Positions 45,533 through 52,087 of a DNA stretch of 60,716 nt are shown one piece after another. The DNA lies in assembly GCA_964536215.1 (NCBI GenBank), contig CAZHWT010000004.1, positions 1 to 60,716 on the forward strand, given 5' to 3'. The notes under the pieces are model-generated. The model made no database searches. It was not told the DNA's origin and saw nothing but the letters and a program-made list of their open reading frames with translations. This DNA is from an uncultured Candidatus Saccharibacteria bacterium. GTDB taxonomy: Bacteria > Patescibacteriota > CAZHWT01. How positions within the stretch are numbered: position 1 is the stretch's first letter; every line of letters starts with the position of its first letter. Made by a program: the position numbers and the translations under genes.

Positions 45533-46192
45533 TCACCCCTCAGCCAAATGAGCATGATCATTAAATATCCATACCGACCATTCCGGTTTATCCTCAGCCA
45601 TTCCATACTTCAGCACAGTCAGACCAGTATTCTCATGCCCAATATGAGTCTGAAACACCTTAAATGATTGCGGCGTTAGCGTCTCCCTCTGCAACACCGC
45701 CGCCACCAACGTTCGCAAAAAGTAACCATGAGTTACCACCACTATTGACGACTCATTTCTGGAAGTTAAGTACTTCAGAGCTCTATCAGCTCGATCTGTA
45801 ATATCAGTAAAGTTTTCGCCATCCTCGACTCGCAAGCTAGGATCATACAAACTTTCTGCCCAACGAATTTCTAGATCCAATGCTTTGGGATCATTTTTTG
45901 GTTTACCCGCAGACCAACTTGGCCGCGTCCGCTCCACAAACAAATCAGAATACTCAACATCAAGGCCTGTCGACAATGCCACAGCTTCCGCCGTCTGCCT
46001 GGTCCTCATCCATGGGCTGGCAACTAATGCTTCTACCTCGAGCGCACCAATTCTATGAGCAATATGCTCCGCCTGTCGTCGCCCTTTCTCCGTCAACGGC
46101 GAGTCCGTCGGCTGAAACGTATCTCCAATATTCCCCTCACTCTGTCCATGCCGAACCAAATAAACAGTCTTTAACGCTTTAAATTTCGCCAT
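45533..46192 (-). CDS. histidine phosphatase (phosphoglycerate-mutase-like) family protein
   Basis: RHGQSEGN catalytic motif and a later VVVTHG. Confidence 0.85.
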   Translation of the reverse strand: MAKFKALKTVYLVRHGQSEGNIGDTFQPTDSPLTEKGRRQAEHIAHRIGALEVEALVASPWMRTRQTAEAVALSTGLDVEYSDLFVERTRPSWSAGKPKNDPKALDLEIRWAESLYDPSLRVEDGENFTDITDRADRALKYLTSRNESSIVVVTHGYFLRTLVAAVLQRETLTPQSFKVFQTHIGHENTGLTVLKYGMAEDKPEWSVWIFNDHAHLAEG

Positions 46193-46195
46193 ACC

Positions 46196-46513
46196 TTAGC
46201 CAATCTTCTTGTCCAACTCATTCATCGTTTTCAAAAATGCATCCTGCAAATCAATATCCAGCTCATTAGCAATCACCAACACCGACCACAAACAATCAGC
46301 CAATTCATGGGCAATTTTATCATCCACATTCTCGGCGACTCGAAAATTATTCTTAGCCATAATTAACTTAGCCAAATCTCCCACATCCCCAACTAGCCCT
46401 TGGGTATACTCTGCCACACGCCACTCTGCATGCCCATCCTGCCTGTTCAACGCCCTGTACAAACCCTGTATTTCACTAGCCCTAACTGTCAATTCTCGTA
46501 AGTCCATACCCAA
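46196..46513 (-). CDS. MazG-like nucleotide pyrophosphohydrolase (small, single domain)
   Basis: LVGDVGDLAKLI...IAHELADCLWSVLVIANELDIDL four-helix pattern. Confidence 0.75.
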   Translation of the reverse strand: MGMDLRELTVRASEIQGLYRALNRQDGHAEWRVAEYTQGLVGDVGDLAKLIMAKNNFRVAENVDDKIAHELADCLWSVLVIANELDIDLQDAFLKTMNELDKKIG

Positions 46514-46807
46514 AGTATACCAAACTATACACCCTGACTTTCAGAAAGTCTCAGCTCAGAGAGCATCGGTAAATTCACTCAATACAAATAAACTTCTCGA
46601 ATGCCCATCCTTTTATTGCTCTTACTAACACAATTGCGGCACATGAAAATTCCTGGTTGTATCTGGGTGATTTTGCACAAACTCCTCACGCAGCCGAGGC
46701 TCAATAAAGCCATCAACAACGCAATCCTGCAATCTGCGCCTCGGACACCCGACACCCGACTAGATTCTATCGCCACCGCTCCAGAATGACAAAGCCCTTA
46801 CCTTCAA

Positions 46808-46824
46808 CCCCGATTCAATCGGGG
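46808..46824. repeat. hairpin family B copy flanked by CCTTCAA heptads
   Basis: CCTTCAACCCCGATTCAATCGGGGTCAACCTTCAACC. Confidence 0.85.
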
Positions 46825-46844
46825 TCAACCTTCAACCAAAATGC

Positions 46845-46850
46845 TATACT
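46845..46850 (+). promoter_or_regulatory. -10 box TATACT, 6 nt upstream of the ATG at 46857
   Basis: GCTATACTTGCCCCATG. Confidence 0.4.
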
Positions 46851-46856
46851 TGCCCC

Positions 46857-47342
46857 ATGTCCAAACCCTACCGCCTCGGTGCTCATGCCGCCATCTTCGA
46901 CCAAGAGGATAATATTTTATTAACCCAACATCAAACCTACAACAATAACGAATGGAACTTCCCCGGTGGTGGCCGCGAGAAAGGCGAAGACGCCATCCAA
47001 AACGCCCTTCGGGAAATAAAAGAAGAGCTTAATCTGGATCCACAAGACCTCCAAGTCCTCGGCGTCTCAGCCCATCCCAACGTCTACAATTTCCCTCAGA
47101 GCATGGTCGATGAAGGCCGTCCCATCGCCCAAAAGTACCAAGGCCAACACAAAGACCACGTCCTATTACGCTTTGTCGGCGACAAATCTTCCATCCAATT
47201 GGACCCCAGAGAAGTTCGCCAAGCTAAATGGGTACCAATCAAAGATCTCTCCACCCACCTCATCTTCCCCAACCAATTTCAAAGCGCCCAACTAGTTATT
47301 GAAGAATATCTTCAACTAAAACCAAACCTTAAAAGAATCTAA
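46857..47342 (+). CDS. NUDIX hydrolase
   Basis: canonical Nudix box GGGREKGEDAIQNALREIKEELNL. Confidence 0.87.
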   Translation: MSKPYRLGAHAAIFDQEDNILLTQHQTYNNNEWNFPGGGREKGEDAIQNALREIKEELNLDPQDLQVLGVSAHPNVYNFPQSMVDEGRPIAQKYQGQHKDHVLLRFVGDKSSIQLDPREVRQAKWVPIKDLSTHLIFPNQFQSAQLVIEEYLQLKPNLKRI

Positions 47343-47920
47343 ATAATCCAGGGCACCAGCATCCACGATCGATCGACATACTCTGCATATGGCTGACCAA
47401 AGTGACTGCGCAATAATTTCTCTTCCCGCTTACCCAGCAAATAAACACTCATCAGCATAATCACAAAAAAGACTATCGCCAGATAACTCTGCGCCACCAG
47501 CTCAATACCCAAAACCGAAAATAGGAAACTACTATAAATTGGGTGACGAATATACCGGTACACACCCGACGTAACCAATTCCTGCTTATCTTTAACCTGG
47601 TATTCCATGGCATGCGACCAGTTAGAGCTCAACTCGCGTCTGGCTACTATCCCCAGCCAAACACTCGCCCCAACCACCACTAGTCCAATCAATTGAGCAA
47701 CTGGACTATCAGAGAACCTCAACACATCCCAACCTAACAATTGAACCACCAAAAACAGCCACAACAGCCACCATATTCCCAATACTACCAGCTCTCGACT
47801 GGAACTTGTCCTCTTTTTAGGCTTAACCCTATTGGCCATCGCCGCCGTCACTATCCAATAGCCCAACCTGCCACTTATAAAAATCACCGCCAAGATTCTT
47901 GCCAATAAATCAAACGACAT
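47339..47920 (-). CDS. isoprenylcysteine carboxyl methyltransferase (ICMT/PEMT)-family membrane methyltransferase
   Basis: LVTSGVYRYIRHPIYSSFLF motif; 4-5 TM spans. Confidence 0.75.
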   Translation of the reverse strand: MSFDLLARILAVIFISGRLGYWIVTAAMANRVKPKKRTSSSRELVVLGIWWLLWLFLVVQLLGWDVLRFSDSPVAQLIGLVVVGASVWLGIVARRELSSNWSHAMEYQVKDKQELVTSGVYRYIRHPIYSSFLFSVLGIELVAQSYLAIVFFVIMLMSVYLLGKREEKLLRSHFGQPYAEYVDRSWMLVPWII

Positions 47921-47929
47921 AAAACCTTC

Positions 47930-48523
47930 CTAAACGGGTCGAATCAACTCTGGTCGAGACAACAGTAGCTTGTGCAGCTGCTCAAAGTATGGCCAAATCT
48001 CCGGTGACAAACCAACCTTTTCCCGCTTAGCCCGATAAATCATATCCACCGTCACACCCTCCTTCTGCCACGAATACCCCTCATTAACATAAATCAGCAT
48101 AATCGGCATCACCTTATCCAACGCATAAATAAACCGGGATTCCTTATCCTCTCTATGCTCATACCCTTCAATCGACGCTATCATATCTCCAAAATCACCC
48201 CAATCAGCCTTTAGTCGCTCCACGGCCTCCGCCTCACGCTGCTCTTTAGAAGCCAATCTATCCTCGGCTCCATAAATATATGTATCCCCGGCATGAACCT
48301 CAATCAAATCGTGCACCAACGCATAACGAATTAATAAATCCCTATCCAAATCAGGGAAAAATTGGCTCACATACCAAGCCGTCATAGCCAAATTGTAGCT
48401 ATGCTCGGTATCATTCTCAGCCACATACTTATCTCCATGCCGCCGATGCGCCCGTCGCTCAACCCGACTAAATTCCCCCAACAGTCTTTGCAATTCCAAT
48501 AACCGAGAAATATCAATTTTCAT
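47930..48523 (-). CDS. HD-domain phosphohydrolase (YfbR-like 5'-nucleotidase family)
   Basis: NDTEHSYNLA ... ALVHDLIEVHAGDT metal-binding motifs. Confidence 0.8.
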   Translation of the reverse strand: MKIDISRLLELQRLLGEFSRVERRAHRRHGDKYVAENDTEHSYNLAMTAWYVSQFFPDLDRDLLIRYALVHDLIEVHAGDTYIYGAEDRLASKEQREAEAVERLKADWGDFGDMIASIEGYEHREDKESRFIYALDKVMPIMLIYVNEGYSWQKEGVTVDMIYRAKREKVGLSPEIWPYFEQLHKLLLSRPELIRPV

Positions 48524-48531
48524 AGACCTAC

Positions 48532-48537
48532 AGTATA
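48532..48537 (-). promoter_or_regulatory. -10 box TATACT, 8 nt upstream of the ATG at 48523
   Basis: minus strand TGTTATACTGTAGGTCTATG. Confidence 0.35.
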
Positions 48538-48583
48538 ACAGAGATAAACAGGCCCGAGCATCAACATTATCCTAAAAGACCAC

Positions 48584-49018
48584 CTAGCGGACTGACTCTA
48601 AATATTCTTCAAGCCCATTTAACCATCCGCCCTCAAAATAATCCCGCGGTTCAAAAGTTGCCACATCCACCCATTCAAATCGATCATGATGCTGACCCAA
48701 AGCAAGCTCTCCACTTACGTACACAGCCTCATGCCCCACCGCAAATATTCGCACCTTTTCTCCAGAAGAATGCTCCACTCTCTCATGCCTAAAAAACACC
48801 ACAGGCTGCCCAACCACCAACTTCACTGCCGAGCCCAGCTCTTCAACAATCTTCCGCTCAATCACCGTTTTTAAATCAAACTCAAACTCGTCCGGCTTTA
48901 TCCGCCCGCCCTGAATATCCCACGACCCAAACACATCATGAGTAATCAGCAGCCTATCCTCATCCCTCACTAACAACTTAACTGCCACAAAATAAACATC
49001 TTTACCGGACATAGCCAT
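48584..49018 (-). CDS. NUDIX-like hydrolase with atypical Nudix box
   Basis: GGRIKPDEFEFDLKTVIERKIVEELG (3-residue insertion relative to the consensus). Confidence 0.62.
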   Translation of the reverse strand: MAMSGKDVYFVAVKLLVRDEDRLLITHDVFGSWDIQGGRIKPDEFEFDLKTVIERKIVEELGSAVKLVVGQPVVFFRHERVEHSSGEKVRIFAVGHEAVYVSGELALGQHHDRFEWVDVATFEPRDYFEGGWLNGLEEYLESVR

Positions 49019-49251
49019 AACAATACCTAACCTCTCTAATTATTAGTGCCCATCCTAACACAAAAAATCTCTGCGGATCTCCGATCACCTCGGCTTACAC
49101 GCTACGCTCAGCGAAGTTGATTAAAGAATATCCATAATTTATACAAGGGATTTTATCTTAGCAGTTTCAGTTAACACGCTTGATGCAGGTAGGACCTGTT
49201 ACTCTTTAGGTTAATCTTGACCGCCAGCCGCCACATTGGTATTGTTAGCCC

Positions 49252-49596
49252 ATGCCAAGCAAACCAATCACAACGATGCAAGATGCCCAGACATTCGTTA
49301 AAAACTTTGCCCAAAATAACAACTGGGTTGATGAGCCCAATATCGATAAATTTGACCACCTGCACGAGGAATTAATCGAAATGTCTAAAATATTGCGGTA
49401 TAAATCTTTGGCAGACAGGCAGCAGGCCATCATCGATCACCGCGACCAACTAATGGACGGACTAGGTGATCTCTTCTTCGCCACTTGTCGCTTAGCCAAT
49501 CAATTAAATCTCGATATTACCGAAGCCTTTAACACCGTTAAAGGACAAATCGAAACCAGGTACACCAATCAAAACCCTGAGGGTATTAAAAAGTAA
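49252..49596 (+). CDS. MazG-like nucleotide pyrophosphohydrolase (small)
   Basis: HLHEELIEMSK...LGDLFFATCRLANQLNLDI pattern. Confidence 0.7.
   Translation: MPSKPITTMQDAQTFVKNFAQNNNWVDEPNIDKFDHLHEELIEMSKILRYKSLADRQQAIIDHRDQLMDGLGDLFFATCRLANQLNLDITEAFNTVKGQIETRYTNQNPEGIKK
49528..49542. promoter_or_regulatory. fourth copy of the palindrome TTTAACACCGTTAAA, inside a CDS
   Basis: exact match to 18481-18495; encodes AFNTVKG near the 3' end of the MazG-like gene. Confidence 0.35.
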
Positions 49597-49670
49597 CACT
49601 ATCTTGTCTTAAACATCCATCACCCTACCCACCAACAACCTACATCAACATATCAGAGATAAGTAAGCAT

Positions 49671-49694
49671 AAATATACATTTAAATGTATATTT
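49671..49694. repeat. 24-bp perfect AT-rich palindrome between convergent genes
   Basis: AAATATACATTT|AAATGTATATTT. Confidence 0.7.
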
Positions 49695-49820
49695 GATCAG
49701 GTAAGATCGCTAGACTTATTTAAAAATAAGACATAGCTTAAGTAGATGATTCAAAATAAATGCGGCACAATCTGAACTATGAGACGAAATAAGTAATCTA
49801 ACCAGACTCCACCAAACAGC

Positions 49821-50186
49821 TCACTCCGGAATTTCCGCTATAGCTTCAATTTCAATAAATATTTTGGGATCACCTGGGAACGCTGGCAATGCTGACACTT
49901 CAACCGTGGTCCTAGCCGGCCGGTGGTCATTAAAAAACACCGCATACATCTGGTTCATCCGCTCAAACTGAGCCAAGTCCGTCATAAAGACGGTCGTCTT
50001 AACTACGTTATGTTCATTCAGCCCAGCTGACTCCAAGACATTTTTAAGCTTCAGAAAAACATTTGTCACCTGAGACTCAAAGTCGCCAGGAATAACCCCA
50101 GTCTTAGCATCAACTCCAACCTGACCGGATATAAAAACTAAATTACCAGATTTATAAAAAGGACTTAATGGCGCATTCATACTCAA
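49821..50186 (-). CDS. ridA: RidA/YjgF-family reactive-intermediate deaminase
   Basis: 121 aa; GQVG..........D...Q....L.N......AG ... ART.V.V..LP....IEIE pattern. Confidence 0.9.
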   Translation of the reverse strand: MSMNAPLSPFYKSGNLVFISGQVGVDAKTGVIPGDFESQVTNVFLKLKNVLESAGLNEHNVVKTTVFMTDLAQFERMNQMYAVFFNDHRPARTTVEVSALPAFPGDPKIFIEIEAIAEIPE

Positions 50187-50267
50187 AGTATAGCACTAAC
50201 CATACCTAGATACCTCAATCAACCCCCCACATCCACATTTCATCTACCCCAGCTGACAACCATCTTC

Positions 50268-50374
50268 CTTGTCATTCTCGACTGGACCCCGATCATATCG
50301 GGGTGAATCGAGAATCAGATTCCCGCTTTCGCGGGAATGACATAAGTGGAAGGCCGTAGAATCTATCTGAGATA
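50268..50374 (-). repeat. D-C hairpin composite (inverted copy) with hairpin B nested in the C loop
   Basis: the reverse complement matches 35545-35631 over about 70 nt; B unit CCCCGATCATATCGGGG at 50287-50303 replaces the 3-nt C loop. Confidence 0.9.
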
Positions 50375-50404
50375 ATCAAAAAAGTGCATGTGGGTCAGCT
50401 CAAT

Positions 50405-50920
50405 CTAACAATCAAATACAAACCAGCAAGCATGATTGCGCAGTCTCTGATCATCAAGAACCAACGACTTAATCTCAACTGGCAGTTGCGCTCTCTGCCA
50501 TTGACATTCTTCTCGACCACTCTTTTGACTATCGGACAGGTCAAAACTAGCTTGCACTGCTTTAATAGCATATGCCGCCGCCCCAAGTTCATGGGCCGCC
50601 ACATGGGCAGTCAAAGCCGCTTGAGCTGCAGCATAAGCCGCATATCGCGCCGCCCCTTTTAGATCCCGCGCCGCTGCATTCGCATGCCCACCCGCCGCAC
50701 GAGCCTCCATCATGGCAATTTCGCCACCAGCCCACGCCCGAGCACACTCAATAGCCCGCCGCGGCCGCCCATCATCCACCCGCTCCCCCTCAAATAACCC
50801 CAACACATGCTCCGCACAATCCGCCGCCCACAGCGCCAACAACCGATGATCACCATCAGTCAAACTCCCGCCTCTACGAATAGTAATAAATCGAGGATCC
50901 CGTGGTTGAGTAAGAATCAT
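50405..50920 (-). CDS. alpha-helical Ala-rich protein resembling putative immunity (Imm5-like) proteins
   Basis: LLALWAADCAEHVLGLFE...DGRPRRAIECARAWA...AA.AA..A pattern; local GC is clearly higher than the flanks. Confidence 0.5.
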   Translation of the reverse strand: MILTQPRDPRFITIRRGGSLTDGDHRLLALWAADCAEHVLGLFEGERVDDGRPRRAIECARAWAGGEIAMMEARAAGGHANAAARDLKGAARYAAYAAAQAALTAHVAAHELGAAAYAIKAVQASFDLSDSQKSGREECQWQRAQLPVEIKSLVLDDQRLRNHACWFVFDC

Positions 50921-51068
50921 AAGCCAATTCTATCAGAGCAGGGAAAGCCAAAGATATTCACTACAGTCAAAATCAACAAAGCCTAGCAGGTCCGCATTCT
51001 CCCAACATGTTGACACATAGCTCGTTTAACTATACTATCCACCCGCGTATCCGCATTTAACAGGAGAG

Positions 51069-51398
51069 ATGACGGTGAATCTATCCATGATTAGCAGCTG
51101 GGTCAAAGAACGTCGCCAAGAGATAGACATATCTCAAAAAAGTCTAGCCGAGATTATCTGGTGCAGCCCAAGCTATATCAGCGATATAGAGTGTGGCCGC
51201 ATACGCAATTTCAGCGGCTACGGAAGCTCCATTGCCTGGCGAACAGTTGTGCGACTGGCCGATGCGCTCAGTCGAGATGAAGATGACCGGGCTGAATTTT
51301 TGAGGCTTACTGGACACCAAGAAGAAGCCAGATTCCCTCGATCTCGATTTCCAGACATCATCCAATGGAGAGAACAATTTCCGCAGCTGGTAACCTAA
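51069..51398 (+). CDS. XRE-family HTH protein
   Basis: ISQKSLAEIIWCSPSYISDIECGR HTH; AGGAG RBS. Confidence 0.75.
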   Translation: MTVNLSMISSWVKERRQEIDISQKSLAEIIWCSPSYISDIECGRIRNFSGYGSSIAWRTVVRLADALSRDEDDRAEFLRLTGHQEEARFPRSRFPDIIQWREQFPQLVT

Positions 51399-51600
51399 CC
51401 ACCAACTGCACCACACAGTGGTGGTCGTCAACCAACTCGACGCCCACCACCTTCTATCCTCTACTCTCTCGTCCGACCTTCCAGGTCAGCAACTCAGAGG
51501 ACGTAGCTTGCCTGTTTAAAAAAGAACGCGTCAACACGCTCTTCTATCGGAGTGAAAGGCTCATCCAATACATCTAAATTGAATCAAATTAAATCAAAAT

Positions 51601-52011
51601 TTAGGAAACTAGACACAACTGCCACGACACCCCGTACTTATCCGAAGTCCAGCCAAATTTCTTACCAATACCATAATCCCCTAAAGGCATCAGCTCTTGC
51701 CCGCCTTGCGTAAGCTTTGCATACAAGCTATCAATTTCACCTTCTGTTTCACAGTTTACATATATAGAAATTGCTGGCGTAAAACCAAACTGATGATCCA
51801 TAGTGTTCTCACTCACCATATACTCTTGCCCAGCCATTGTAAAATGAGCCAGCTTTACCAGTCCTGCTTGACCACCTGGCTCTTCAGCGCCCCATCGTTC
51901 AATTTTCTTAATTTCTGAATCAGGAAATAAGGAAACATAAAAATTAATAGCCTCTTCAGCCTTACCGCACTGCTCACCAACAAACATTAAGAAAGTCACT
52001 GTTTTTTGCAT
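51601..52011 (-). CDS. VOC-fold protein (PhnB / 3-demethylubiquinone-9 methyltransferase-domain family)
   Basis: TFLMF.G.....EA..FY.S.F ... KYGVSWQL motifs. Confidence 0.8.
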   Translation of the reverse strand: MQKTVTFLMFVGEQCGKAEEAINFYVSLFPDSEIKKIERWGAEEPGGQAGLVKLAHFTMAGQEYMVSENTMDHQFGFTPAISIYVNCETEGEIDSLYAKLTQGGQELMPLGDYGIGKKFGWTSDKYGVSWQLCLVS

Positions 52012-52087
52012 ATAGTTAGTATGGCAAAAATAAAATGTTGCTGAATATCTACCGTATGTCAGCGCGCCTATTCTCTAAAGCTCAGAG

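Noticed and set aside
50405-51398. Toxin-antitoxin pair (Imm5-like protein + XRE)
   Set aside because: The genes are divergent and not co-transcribed. Neither resembles a known toxin, and no size or overlap pattern typical of type II TA modules is present.
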